DNA of 64,000 nt from Cyanophora paradoxa CCMP329 (lineage: Eukaryota > Plantae > Glaucophyta). A model generated the notes under the pieces. It had not been told where the DNA came from, made no database searches, and saw nothing but the letters and a program-made list of their open reading frames with translations. The translations under genes were made by a program, and so were the position numbers. Positions 34,892-48,800 of this stretch are shown here, piece by piece. Location: contig QPMI01000521.1 of assembly GCA_004431415.1 (NCBI GenBank), positions 62,001 through 126,000 on the forward strand. The letters run 5' to 3'. The number at the start of each line of letters is the position of its first letter. The first letter of the stretch is position 1.

Positions 34892-35307
34892 CGAACGTGC
34901 TCGCTCCTTTGTCTGCCGTACCCCCCCCAACCGCAGGTCTCGAAAACGTTTATCCACAAACGCGTCTTGGAGGCATAGCCCATGACCTGAGCGGCAACAG
35001 CTGTCTGGACCATGCCGGAGGGCAACGCGACCTTGCAAGTTGAGGGAGGTCCGGAGCCTGGTGGTCCGGTTCGATCTTCTAAGGGGCTGACACGCGGTAC
35101 AGGCATTCAGAGACCGAGATCCAACTCTCTTCCTCCGCGCTCAGCGTCTTTCGGTCAGTGTGGCCCGGGCCTCGCGGCATGTCGGGAACAATGAGCGTTC
35201 CAGCCGCAAGCTCCGGCACGCGCTCTAAGCAGCTCTATAGCAGAGAGAACGTTAGCTAAGAGTGACACATGCAGCTAACGCTAGCTGGGGCCAGCCGCCG
35301 GCCGAGC

Positions 35308-38300
35308 ATGGGCCTCGGAGGTCCGTCCGAATGCGGCTGACGTGCAGGGTGCGATCGCAGGAGAGGATCACGTTGTGTACTGCTATGACCAGCATGCGTA
35401 CCACTGCGAGGTGACCTGAAGAGCCTGCGGCCCCGGGGGCGGCTGGCCGGGCTCCAGCGGTTCATGCAATTGTCTGACCCCCGCGCCGCCGGCGCGCGCC
35501 GCAGCTAGCCGCCCTGGAGCAGGTCGAGAAGCGGAGGCAGAAGGCCGCCAACCCGTTTGCTCACGACGCGAACAAGCTGGAGCCGCCGGTGCCTGCGGCG
35601 AAGGTCCCGAAGAAGCGAGTGCTGGTCATCGCGAGCGCCGGCGACACGGCGCTCGCCCTCGCCACGCGCACCGACGTCGCCTCGGTCGAATCGGTCGACA
35701 TGAGCCCCGCGCAGATCTACCGTGCGCGGCTCGAGCCCGATCCGTTTGAATTCGATCGCCCCGACCTGATTTGATCTCCTTCGACCGCAGTGTGCGAGCT
35801 GCGACGGGCGGCCCTCGAGGTCCTCGACTACGACGAGGTCCTCTGCTTCTTCGGGGTACCCCCCCAGATCGACGTCGAGGAGGACTGGGAGGAGGACCAG
35901 GCCGACAGGCGCGTACCCCCCTCCTCCTCCTCCCTTCCCCCCCCCCAGCCCTGAACTCCGCCTCAGGCGGGAGGAGCTGTACTTCAAGATCAAATCGAAG
36001 GCGTCGCTGACGCTGGACTGCGGCCGCTTCTGGGACGCCCGCGTCAAGGACGTCCGCTTCGGCATCCACCGCTGCGGCAGCGTGCGCCCGGGCCCAAGGG
36101 GTGGCGGGCGGGGCGGGGTGGGGCGGGGCGGCCGGGGCGGCCCTCTTTCCTCCCTGGGCGCAGCCCGCAAGCCGGCGCCGCCAAGGGGCGTTAGGGAGGG
36201 GTCTGGGGCGGCCCGCTTTTCCCCTCTCGTCCTGACTCGGGGGCCGGGCAGTACCACGCGGTGCTGCGGGACGTGGAGCAGCGATGCCGCGAGTACATCC
36301 AGGCCCGCCCGTACCCCCCGCTTCCCCCCCCCCCCCTTCTCCCCTTCCTGCACTTGTCTGAGGCCCCGGCGCCCGCGCCGCCCCTTCCTTCTTCGTTCGC
36401 AGATGGACCTCGGCCGGGCCGTCATCAACCCGCAGGTACCCCCCCCGCCCCTCGATTCCTCTGCTCGGATCCTCCCTTCCCCCCCCCCCCCTCACGCTCT
36501 TTCGGCGCAGGCGTTCTGGGTGGAGGAGAACATCCCGGGCATATACCGGGCCTACTCCGAGGCGCGTACCCCCCCCTTCCCCCCTTCCCCCCTTCCCCCC
36601 CCCCTGACGGGAGGAGGCAGGCGTTCGACAAGAAGGCGTTCCACGAGAAGACGGGTATCCCCCTCTCCCAGGTCGGAGCCCCCGCCCCTCCTGCCGTCCC
36701 GCCCCGCCCAGCCGGCCGGCGGATCCGGGCGCCCTAGCAGTAAAAGCTAGCTAGCTAGCTAAAGCTCTCAGCTTCTCGCGCGGGGCGCCCCCGCTTCCCC
36801 TCTGACGCGGGGGCGGGCCCGCAGCTGCGGGACGACCTGGGGCTCGCCTACGCGCGCCGCATCGCCGCCACCTTCCGCCCCGTCTGCCGCGACCCCCAGG
36901 CGCGACCCCATCCTTTGAGATGAGATTCGATCTCGATCTGATCTGATCTGATGTGATCTGACCTCAGACGATCCCCGGGGACAACATGTACCTGACGCTC
37001 TTCTTCACGTCGCGGTACCCCGCGTACATGGCGCCCACCTCGCTCGCGCACAAGGCCCAGGGGCAGGTCCACGTCGAGAGCCAGCTCGGTGCGCCCCCAC
37101 GCGGCGGGGATGAAACTAAACTAGACAAACAGCATTCAAAGCCGTTAAACGATTAACATAATTGTTCGCCCGGCGCCCGCGGCCAGCGCCTCCTCCTCCT
37201 CCTCCTAAAGATCTCCTCTCTTCCTCCTCTCCCTCTCACCCCCGCCCGCCGCTCGCCCGGCGCCCGCGCCCACGCCTCCTCCTCCCACCCGCCCTCTCAC
37301 CGTCGCCGCAGACACGTGGAACCAGCAGAAGCTGCCGCTCTTCCTGCAGCGCTCCGGACTCGCCTCCCTCCGCAAGGAGGGCTCCGTGCGCCCCCCGGGC
37401 GCCCCCCAGGCGCCTCTCCGCGCGCCTCACGCACGCACGCCTCCCCTCCAGAGCCCCGGGCGGCTGCGGTTCCACGTGGGGGACATCTTCGCCATGGCCC
37501 ACGAGCTCGCCGAGGCCGGGTCCGCCCCCCCGCCCCCCCGCCCCGAAAAGCCATGGCCAGCCGGGAGCTAGCAAAAGCTAGGAGCGGAAAATAGGAGCCG
37601 GAAGCGGAAGAAGGAGCCTCGAGTGCCGCGGGCAGCGAACTGAGGGGCGGGGTCGGCAGGGGCCCCTTTGACATGATCTCGATCTCGAATGCGACGGACT
37701 ACATGGAGAAGGAGGTCGCCCGCAGGTGCCCTCCGCGCGCCCCCCGCGCCTCCTTTGCGTAGGAAGGAAGGAGGAGGAGAAGACCGTGGGACAAGTGTAG
37801 TTTTTAGCGCGCCGCGCCGCCCCTCCTCTCCTCCGATCGATCCCGACCGCTTCTTTATTCGCCGCCGCCGCGCAGCGCCATCGCGGGCCTCGCGGAGGCC
37901 CTCGCCCCCGGCGGAGCCATCGTCGCCCGCCGCGTGGTACCCCCCTCCCCTTCCATCCGCCTCCCCCTCACCGATGCCCCCGCCTCGCCTCCAGTGGGGG
38001 GACTACGCCATCGAGATGATCATGAAGGACATCCTCCAGAACGACACCATGTTCAACCTCCGCCTCAAAAAGGAGGTCCGAGAGCTCTCCCGTACCCCCT
38101 TCCCCCGCTTCTCCCGTACCCCCTCCTTGACCCCCCCCCCCCGCGCAGGAAAAATCGCGGTACTGCCAGGAGGCCGTCGCGTGGTTCAAGCCGCTCGACG
38201 GCGAGTCTGCCCAGGCGAGCCGCGGCCCCGCGCCCGCACACGTACCCCCCGCGCGGGGCCGCGCCTGATCGGGCGGGCCGCGCGCGCGCAGCCGAAGGCG

Positions 38301-39964
38301 CAGAAGTCCACCTCCGCGATGCGCTGGCGCATCGGAGTCACGAAGGCGCGTACCGGATTCGAGCGGCCCCGTACCCCCTCAAATTCTGAACGGTCGCGTA
38401 CCCCCCGCAGGTGGCGGCGCTCCACGCGCTGACGCCGACGCCGAAGTCGCCGGGGCCCGAGGCGGCCGCCCCCACCCCGCCCGAGGAGAAGAAGAAGGAC
38501 GAGAAGGCAAAGTCCCAGTCGATGAAGGTACCCCCCCGCGCTCCATCCCCCCTCCCCTCCCCCCCCCTCCTAACCCGGCGGCAGGCTACGCGGCCGGCGC
38601 CGGCGGTCGGTCTCCCGAAGTCGGACACGGGGGGCGGGGGCCTCCGCGCCTCGAGCAACGGGCCGCTCGCGGGGGCGTCGACGGCGCCGCCGCGGCGGCC
38701 CTCCTCCATCCAGATCACCGGCCCCGGAGGCTCCTCCACCGTCGGCCGCGCCCCGCGCCAGTCCGCCCCGGCCTCCGGCTTGGGCTTGGGCTCGGGCTTG
38801 GGCTCGGGCTCGGGCTCCGCGAAAGTCTCCTTCTCCGTAACCCCCGCCGGCCCCTCCGCCCCCGCCCCCGCCCCCGCCCCCGCCTCCGCCTCCGCGGCCC
38901 CGGCCCCGGCGCCCGCCGACGCCGCTTCGCCCGCTAAGGCCGCCCCGCCCCCGAGGCCGCCCCCGCCCCGCCTCCCCCGCCGCCCCGGCCCGGCCGCGGC
39001 GCCCGTTTCCTCGCCGGCGCTGGTGCCTGTGCCGCCCGCCCGCCCGCGCGCCTCGGAGCCGGGCCCGGCCCCGCCCGCCTCGGCCGCCTCCCCGCCCCGC
39101 CCGCGCGCCTCCGACGGCGGAGCCATCCCCTCCGCCCCGGCCTCGCCGCCCCCGCCAGCCCCGCCCCGCCCGCCGCCCGCAACCGCCCGGCGGCTCCCCT
39201 CCGCCCCGCGCTCCTCGCCGGCCCTCTTCGCGCCCGTCCCGCCGCCCCGGCGCCACTCGGAGGGTACGCCCTCCTCGGAGGCCGGCGCGGAGCGGCCGGG
39301 CACGCGGGGCCAGGGCCGGCCCGCCTCGCGCTCGCTACGACTGAGCCAGCCGCCCCCGCCGGCCGCCGCCCGCGCCGCCGCCGGCGCCGCCGGCGCGCCC
39401 CGCGTCCTCCCCGCCGCCGGCTCGCGCAAAGAGTTCCACCCGCCCGGCGCCGGTGCGCCCCTGCCGCGCAACTCCCTCGGGGGAGGCGACGGGGCCGACG
39501 CCGCGGCGGGGGCGCGCCGGCGGCCGACGGCGCGCCGCCGCCGCCGCCGCCGCTGGAGCGGTCGACGACGCCCGAGCGGCTGGCGCCGCGGGGCAGCACG
39601 GGGCCGGGAGCAACCAGGGGACGCCGGAGCGTATGCAGGCGGCCCCGCGCTCCGTCGGCTCGGTCTCCGTGCCGCTGCGGGCGTCGGTGGCCGGGGCGGT
39701 GGCGGGGCGGGCCCCGGGGCGCGCCCGGCGCCGCCCTCGCGCTCGGGCGGCGTGCGGTCCTCGGTGGACATTCGGGCGAGCCGCACGGGATCCGTCGGCG
39801 CGGCGCCCTCCGCCACACCGCGCGGCTTTGGGCGGATCGCCGCCGCCCCGGCCCCCGCCCCAGCTCCCGCCCCGCCCCCAGCTCCCGCCCCGCCCCCGGC
39901 CCCCGCGCCGGCGCCGGCCGCCCCCGTCAGCGCCACGCACGCCGAGAAGGGCCTGCTCATTTAG
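35308..39964 (+). CDS. DUF3419/BtaA-like SAM-dependent protein with long Pro/Ala-rich tail, multi-exon
   Basis: RVLVIASAGDTALAL, VDMSPAQIY|.CELRRAAL, FWDAR, DNMYL, FHVGDI, GPFDMISISNATDYM, EALAPGGAIVAR. Continuation into 38411-39964 is inferred from splice-compatible exons. Confidence 0.65.
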
Positions 39965-40164
39965 GCGGATGCACGCGGGCGTGCGCGGATCAAAGGTTGT
40001 CAAATGACAAATGACAGAACAGCGGGTCGTGGTGGTGTATTGGCGAAATCGCTGGTGCTGTACCGAATGCCACCGAGCCGGTGGCGGGCGACTTCACCAA
40101 ATACGAGCTGGGATGGAGTAGCTATAGAGGGCGGAAATATATATCGATCAGAGAAAATCAAGAG

Positions 40165-42457
40165 CTAGAAGTCGACATAGATCTCCCAGGCATCGAACTG
40201 GACGAAAGAATAAGGGGACGCCCAGCCGGCGAGGATCGGCATGAGGGACTTGTTGAGGGGCCCGAGTTTCAGCGTCACGGAGAATTTGATCCGGTGCCGC
40301 GGTGACGGCCCCCGCTCGCCGGCCGCCAGCTCCTCGAACATCTGCTCGGCATCGATATCAGTTTTAACTCTAGATCTAGATCTAGATCTAATTTTAAGCT
40401 TCTTCAGCTCGGGGGCGGGGCGAGACGCACGGCTCGGTAGGCGCCCACCTCGGCGACGGTGGCCGCCTCGCTGTTCTCGTGGGTGACCTTCACGCGCTTG
40501 AGGCGGGGCCCCGCGTCCACGTGCGCCCGCGCGAGCGCCCGCAGGACCTCCGGCCGCGGGCCCTGGCGCTGAGTCTCGTACGTGCAGCTGCACAGGACGG
40601 GCTTGGCGGCGCGGAGGAGGTCGCCGGCGGCGCTCCCGTCGACGGTCGGGCCGAGCAGCGTCAGGTGCAGCTTCTGGAGGGACGGGCTCGCCGAGACGGC
40701 CGCCGCGGCCGCTCGGAGGAGCGCGGCCCCGCCGTCCGCCTCCGCCTCCGCGCCGGCCGTGTCGAGCCGGAGGTCGAGCAGCTCGAGCCGCGGGAGCGAG
40801 GCCAGCTCCGCCAACGGCCCCGCCGCGTCGGAGAGGACCTAATTATATAAGCGAGATTAATGAGAGAAGGGGGCGGAATTGCATAATTAAATTCAGGAAA
40901 TTGAATCACTCACGGAGAGCCAAAGCGACTGCAGGGATCGCATGCGGAGGACCGCGGAGACTGCAGCGGCATCCATGTACATGCCCGTGGCCGTGTCCGC
41001 GGGTGCGAAAAATCTCTCTGCAAATATAAAATCGAATAAGATTCTATTTAGATCATAGCCGCTGATCATGAGCTCTAGATCTAGATCTAGCGGCTGCAAT
41101 ATTAATTAGCTATAGGGAAGAAATTTTCAAGAACGGACCCGCGTGCAGGAGACGCAGGACTCGCAGGGTGGATCCAGCACGGCTTTCCGCAAAAGCAGCA
41201 AGCACCGGGCCCGGCACACGCTTCGCCCTGCACACTATGAAGAGGTTCTCAAGTGGCATTTCGGCATGCGCAAGTTCCAGGAGAAAATTGGCGTCGTCTG
41301 AGATCTCGCATCTGAGCTGACGGAGGCCCGGCCATGCCGCCGCGATGCACGCCTGCGCACGCGGGGCGGCACGGGTTTGCGGGTGTTATAATTAGCTTTA
41401 ATTTAAAAATTAAATAGGGAGCAGCGCTAGCGGGCCCGGGCCCGGTTGCATTCGTGAGAGCGCGCCAAGTTGTCTCGCTTAAGGACGGTGCGGTAGTTGC
41501 TGTTGGAGAGGTCGAGCGAGAAGAGGGGCGGCACAAGGGCGGTCGCCTCAGGCGAGGTGAGGACCTCGGCAAACTCGCTCGACACTTTCAAAGAGAAGGG
41601 CTGCCGGGCCGCGCTGAGCGACGCGAAAAGAAGCGCGCCCAGGCGCTCCTGCGTCACGAGCTGGTCCGCCATGCGCAGCTTGCCGGCAGACGGCCATTCC
41701 CAGATATCGACATGGACGTCCTCCAGCAAGACCGGCGCGGTCGTGAGGGTGGCCAGGAGCCCTAGAGAAACGTTCGCGTTAGGTCAATCTGAATCTGAGG
41801 CCATATCGATATCATTAAATTTATATATAATTAATTAGAAGTTACCAAGGGCCGCCCGCGGCCGTACTACGGTGCGTGGGTCGGGCACTCGAATATAATA
41901 TAATTTCGAAGGGCTTATATATGCATGCACACACGCATGCACGCACCGATGATTGTCGTGCCCAAATTGACGACGTCGCGGATCTCCTCCGAATCTAGAC
42001 CAGCATCGTAAGGGAAGTCTGGAAGGATCTCCACATCCGTCGCCCCCTGGAAAGTTCGATTTCGGACGCGACTCGCAAATCGGCCGATCACACGGGAAAA
42101 TTCGACGCAGGACTCGTCGCCTTCCTCGACGTCGCCGCGCTGCAGCCACAGCTTCGGCCAATGCATCGCGTGCACGACGCGCCGGAAGCGCCGGTCGACG
42201 GCGGGCAATTTCCAGTCCTCGTACGTCTCACGGGGTCCGAGTTGGATCAAGACTTGCTGGATTATGGCGTCGGGGAGCGCCTCGAAGGGGTTTTGCGGCT
42301 GCTGCGCGTGCGCGTGCCGATCACTATAGCGAGCAATATCATGCAGAATTTCGCGATCGGCATATGCATCGAGCTCGTCGACGTCGCTCTCCGTGCGGGC
42401 GCGTTTCTGCGGCCGCGCAGCGCCAGCTGCAGCCGCTTCCCGGGAGTCCATCGCCAT
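40165..42457 (-). CDS. F-box/LRR-like protein, multi-exon
   Basis: NPFEALPDAIIQQVLIQLG...LPAVDRRFRR (F-box-like), plus LRR-like segments LQSLWLS, LPRLELLDLR and SLQKLHL. Confidence 0.65.
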
Positions 42458-42879
42458 CGCTCAGATCGCGCTATCGCCTAATTTACAAAGCTACCCCCAT
42501 TTCCTGCATCCCTCTAGATATCCCGACGATCTAGATCTCCCCTCTAGATCTCTCCTTTTCATCAACGTTAACGTTAACGGCGGCTCGGGGGATGGACAAT
42601 TAACCGAAATTCTTGAAATTGAATTGAATATTAATCGAGGGGAGGGATTCGGATCGATCATTGTGAAGAGAGATCTCTAGCTTCACTTCCTGCGGTTCGA
42701 CAACAGAGGCATTCGCAGACACGCGCGCTTCTTGTGATGATCGGTGAGCTGCTCCAGGGCATCGGGGCCCCGAAAACTCGCGCCGCATTGGTTGCAGAGG
42801 GCGACGTGACGCCTTGTGGTCTGCGAGCCGCTTCCATTCGAACTTCAGGTCCCATCTCCTTGAAATATTATAAATTATT

Positions 42880-45800
42880 TCACTTCCTGCGTCGCAGCAT
42901 TAAATATTTGCAGATATTTGCAGAGAACTAGAATTTTCACTGTGCCGACTCACTTGGCTTTGCGGGGACCGCGCGCCCGATCGGTGCCGCCCAGCTTCGT
43001 TTCGAGGGAGAGGACGAAGTCCTCCGCCTGCTTGCGGAGGGCGGCGGGGGCTCCCTCGACGAGGGCCGCCTCCCTCGCCTGCGACAGCGCCTCCCGCTCT
43101 TTGCCTTGAATCGAGAGGATCTGGGCGAGCTGCAACCGCAGCTGCGCCAAATTCAATAAGTGCCCGTGCATACATATTTTAAGCTTTGAAGATGAGAACA
43201 ACTTCCAAGGCTCACCGAAATTCGGAGCTCCGAGACGTGGGCAGATTCTAGAGCAGAGTTGACCGAATCCGAAGCATTCGCCGATCCGTAGTCGTGCGTA
43301 TGAATGTAGTCGACAAGCTCGATGCCCTGGCGCGCCGAATCCGCTGCATCGGACATGGATTCGCTGTCGTTGGACTCTCTCTCAAGCACGTAAGCGATGA
43401 AACGATGCGTGACAGTTGCACATGTCATTTCTTCTTTTCTAGCCGCTTCAAGTTCGCCGATACCGCCGTAGAGCTGCGTCAGGAATTTGAAATCGTCGGC
43501 CAAGACCTCCAGCGAGTGGCGGTAGATCAGGTTCCTAGGATCCTTGCGGGAGGCGATGCTGGGCTGGTCTCCCAGACGGGCCAGTGCCCTGTACATGACG
43601 TCACGGTGCTTGTCGATTTCAGCAATGTCGACAAGGCCTTTGGAGCAAGCGTCGATCTGCATATGCACAGTCTGTGAGTTTCGCGAATGCAGATCTAGAA
43701 TACATTAATTCCAGCCAATTTAAATGGGTTGCGAACCATGTCATCTCCACCGCGCTGAATTTGTGTCTCCAAAAGATCTTGCAAGAAAAAGGTTTTCTCT
43801 TTCTCGATTGCATCGAAGGGGCCCAACGACCCCGCAGTCCGGGCAGCAGCAAGCGCCTCGCCCAAGCGGGGATCTTGAGCAGGATCCAGATGGACTTCGC
43901 CGTCTTGAGAAGTCCAACCAGCTAGAGCCTTAGCCAGCGTCATGTGCACCTACAGCCCGTTATGTAACGTCATGAAATTCGTGCTCATCATGTAAAGTGA
44001 ATAGAACGAGGAATTCGAATTCGAAGACACACCCTGTATTGAAGCGTAGGATCCGGATCCGGAACTTGCAAGGCGAGTTCGATGCTCTGGCGAGCGAACT
44101 CCTCTGCTTGCTCAAATTTCTTCGTTTGTATAAGACATTCAGCTGCCGCGTAGGCCGCGTGCGCCATGCAATCAAGCAAGCCCGGCTGCGCTTCAAGCAA
44201 TCGCATCCTCTCCGGCGCTGTACATGTCGCCAGCAGCTGACGCAGGTTCTCTGTCTTTGGACCAGCCAGCTCGCAGTAGTCGGCTTCCAGCTTCGAATTC
44301 GAATCTAAACGCACGTGCGCGCGTGACTGCCCATGGCTATTGCCACGGCGGCCGGCGCCGCTGTATAGCCTGGAGCGCAGTCGTTGGTACTCGTCTATGA
44401 AATCAGTAGAAGCCCGGTACACAGGACTGCTCTTGATGTCGAAACTTGCACGGGTTGAAGCAGGGTGCTCTCGATCGATGTCACCGCGACCACGGCCGCT
44501 TTCAATTTCTGTGTTGTTGGGAGGGTGAATACGGCTGTTTGATGGAGCGACACTGTTTCTATTTGACGCAAGCTGCACAGTAGTGCTACCGGCATTGGAA
44601 GGCAGCGCGCCGAGGTCGAACCTGTGCGTTTGAAGAAATTGTCAACAAAAGTGTACAAACAGCTCCCGCAAACACCCAAAAATCAGAGAAATTACCTCTG
44701 GCGGCACTCTTCGGCACGATCGCGTTCGCCAGCGCTCTCGAACAATGTGGCGGCGGCGAGGGCGCGTGCACGCTGCTCCTTCACATTTCGCGCACCTGCT
44801 CGATTGCAAACGAAAATAAGATTCTCATGAATATTCATCTCCGCGGCCGCGATTTGCAAATTGCAAGGCGAATTCGAACCGGCAGCTGCCGCGCGCTGGA
44901 GCTCCAACTCCGCCTCTGCCAGCGAGGCCAGCGCCTTGCTGCCCGCGTTCTCGAAGGCCCGCTTGGCAGCTTCAAAGAGGCGACGCTCCAGGAACTGCCG
45001 GCCCCGCGCCTCCCACTCGGCAGGAGTGCTCTCCGCGATCCGAGGTGCGCCCTTGCCGCGGGCATCGCGCGCCGCCGTTTTCGCGTCCAAACTCTATGCA
45101 GACAAGACCGTACGCGTGAGCAAAACGGAAGTGCGACACGGTTCTGCAACACACCTGTACAACGCCCACGTTTGAGAGCAGCTCGAAAATCGGCCTGCGG
45201 AGTGCGCTGTCCTCATCGTAGATCCTGCACGCGCATGTGCAAAAAACGGTGGTTAGATATCGATATGTACATGTGCGTAAACACTAGCTCGATATGAAGT
45301 GACGAGGTTTCAAGAATGATCGCACCAGACGGCATTTTTGGCGCGAGTGATGGCGGTGTAAAGCTGTTTCAATTCGGGCGCAACCAGCCGGTGCTTGTGG
45401 GGATCGAAGCTGCTCTTTGCTTTCGCCTTCCCTTTGTCGTCTTGGAGGCTCTGCATATGCCCATGCCAGAATTTCGATCAGCTTTACTACGGCACTTACA
45501 AGGGCTTGCGGCGAGCGCACACGCTCGAGAGAAGAGAAATCGAATGGCGCCGCCGCCGCAGCGCCCGAGGCTGCCGCTGACGCCGCTGCCTTAACGCGCT
45601 CGCGCACGTCGCTCTCGGCTGCGCGCGCTGCCTCTCGCCACATCTGCACCCGCTCGTCCCGCCCGGGAGAGTCCGTGAAGAAGTTGACGCTGGACATGGA
45701 AAAGCACCCAGTGTTATAATCAGTAAGCCAAAATCATGATCTTGATCTTAAAATCGTGCAGTTCGCACATGAGGACGTCGTCGAACTCGAGGCCCTTGGC

Positions 45801-48800
45801 CTCCTCGACCGTCAGGATGTTCGAGCGCCCGAGCGCGTCCTCCAGCCGCGCCTTCCGCCGCTCCTCTCGCACGACGACCACCTGGTTCGCGCCAAGGTGG
45901 ACGTCGGGCGACCGAGGGGACTTGGCCACGTCCGGGCCGAAGAGGAACACAGCGAGCTCCCGCAGATTGCTGAACGTCAGCAGCAGCGGTGGCGGACCAG
46001 AACGAAGGCCTGCGCGGCGCGGGCGTCAGCTGGATTCGATCAGCGAGCGAGATCAGCCGCCATCACCAGTGTCCCGCTGCAGGACGTCGATTTCGCGGTC
46101 GAACAGCAGCTCGAGCATATCGACGACGACGGAGGAGCACGCCAGGATGCCAGACTGAGACCGGTAGTTCTGCGTCCGTCCGGCCATGACCACATGTTAA
46201 CGTTATAATCAGAGATATGGACGCTCATTTTCACAATTTAATCAAAAGCAGCCTTGGCACCTGAGTGAGCTGCCAGATGGGGAGCTGCCCGGGGGAGACC
46301 AGCGCCCGGGAGACTTTGCCCTGGGCATGGAAGAGCGATCGCAGGTCGCAGAAGCGGAAGGAAACGCCGCGCGCGATGGTCTGGCAGAAAGTTAGCCGCC
46401 AATGTGAAGCACGCGAACGTGGGTCAGCACGTACTTGGCACGTGTCGCCGCAGAAGAAGAGGCCGCCCGCGTCTCCGCTCACGGCCGCCGCCAGCGCCAG
46501 CTCCGCCTGAGTAAAGTCCTGCACCTGAGGCCGGGGTCGTCAGGCCTATCCATATGCATAGGGGGCTTCTCACATTCCGAACCAGCGACGGGCTTACCTC
46601 GTCGACGATGATCTCGTGGATCGGTGGGCCCGTGTACCCCTGCCGATTCACCTCGCGGTAGATGTGATGCACGGCGTCCTGCGTAGCTCCGCTCAGGGCA
46701 AGCCTCGGACGACCGCGAAATTGACGCGAATTTTTTAGATGGCTCGCAATTGCAAGTCCTAGGGCTCACGGTGACGTCGTAGAGGTTGCGGCGGCGCTTG
46801 GCGTCGCGGTACGCGCCGTGCAGCTCGTAGATGGCCCGCCGCTGCTCCTCGTCCAGCCGCGAGCTGCGTGCACGCACAGTAAGGACGGCGAAATTGCGAA
46901 ATGTATCAGAGGAGCAGGCGCGGCGCATGCGCACCGGTTGCGCCCCAAAGCAAAGTAGGCCTCTTGGTCGAGGTACCCCTCATCGCGCCCCAGGCTCTCC
47001 ACGCTACCCCTGAATCGCGGTCAGGAAGGCCCGGATATGCGGCGGACGAGGGAAGGGCACTGGATCAGCGAGAGGAACTCGGTCCAGACGAGCATGGAGT
47101 GGGGAAGGCCTGAGGGCCGCTTCGAGCTCGAGCCCTTTGCCGAAGACAGGGCGGGCCAGAGCTCCTCTTCGAAGAGCTCGTACGTCACCAGCCGCGCCCC
47201 CTCCGGCCGCGGGAAGAACCGCCGCTCCGCATCCAGTGTCCCGTCCACCAGCCGCAGCCACTTCCGGCCCGTCACTGCCGCCCCGCGTGAGTCGAGCTCG
47301 AGGATTCTGACACCGAGTAGCTATGGAGCCTATGGCGCGGAGCCGATCACGAGAAGAGGGGGGTATGATCCGAGGATACCGAAGAGGGGGTACGAGTCAT
47401 CGGAGAGTGCGCCGAGCGAGTCTGGGAGATCGGCGTCGACGCGACCCAGCGGCGGGAGGGCCTCGTCACCCTCCGCGGGCTGCGAGAGGAGCGCGTGGCC
47501 CTCCTCCTGCTCGAGGATCAGCCGAGGGCCCACCGGATGCGTATGCGAGGCGGGGAAATGGCGCACGAGGCGGGAGAAGAGGCGGCGGACTTCGGCGAGG
47601 AGGGCGGGGTTCGTGGTGAGGAAGACGGCGCGCAGGTGCCCGGACGGCAGCAGCGCCGCCCCGCGCCCCAGCGACCAGTACGCGTGGTACAGCGACCAGA
47701 GCCTGCGGCGCGGCAGATTAGCGGCGCGGAGGCTCGCGCCAGCGACTGCACGCACCGGACGATCGCGCAGCTCGTCTTGCCCGTCCCCGAACGGCCGACG
47801 GCGAGGACGGGTCCGGGGGCGCAGATCAGGTTCAGCTCCGCAGCACTGAAGAAGACGATAAGACAGAAAAGCAAAGCAAAGGAGAGGAGGAATGGAGGAC
47901 GGGGCGCACGAGATCTCAGCGCGCCCGTTGGCCGGCGTGTCTTCGGATCCGCCGGCGAGCGGGCGGCCTGCGAGCGCCTCGCGCGCGATCTCTTCCGCGC
48001 GGCGCCGCACTTGCTCCACCACCGGCAGGTCTGCGAGCCGTCAGAGAGTGCAAGCGGCTCTGGGCCGGCGAACGCAGACCGTGCTGGATCGCAGGACGAG
48101 GGCGCGTCGCTGCATGATCTGCATTCGGCCCTTCCGCTGGTGCCAAAGAAGGCGGCTCGACAGCCGCAAGAGCGGACAGCTCCAGCGTGAACTCGTCCGC
48201 GGGAGAGGATGGCGGCGGCGGTCCATCTGCCGGCAGTCTCCGCGGAGCGCGGACACCGCCGGCTTCAGGCGGCCGCTGCGGCGGCCGCGGCGGAGCGAGA
48301 GCCGTCGCCTGTCGCTGCCGGAAGCGCCCGGAGATCGCCCGCACTGCCGCCGGCACCCGGTCGTGGTCGCATACGTCCCTGCGATCGCAGTGGGTGACGG
48401 ATCCCGGATCGAGTGAGGGGCTGGCGGCGGGGGGGCGGCAGCAGGCACCAGAGCAGGATCTTGTCCCTCCAGCACGCGTGCCGCTCCGAGAAGCAGAAGA
48501 CCTGCGCCGAAGTAAGCGCTGGCCACGTGCAGTCGCAAGGAACGGCGTAAGGCGGTGGAAGCGAACCTCCTCCCACAGGAGCCGCCACCCGAGCGGCAGG
48601 TAAGACTCGAAAAGCGCCATTCCCGTCTCGGCCTGCGCGCGAATCGGTAACGAAAGCCCGAAAGCGGTCCGAAAGCGATGGGCGCACGTGGGCGAGGGGC
48701 TTGGCGTGATTTGCGCTGCTCCGGAAGTCGCGGCCCTCGACGAGCAGCCTCAGCTTCTTGAGCATCGGCGTGCGGAGCGCCGCGTCCAGATTCCGCCACG

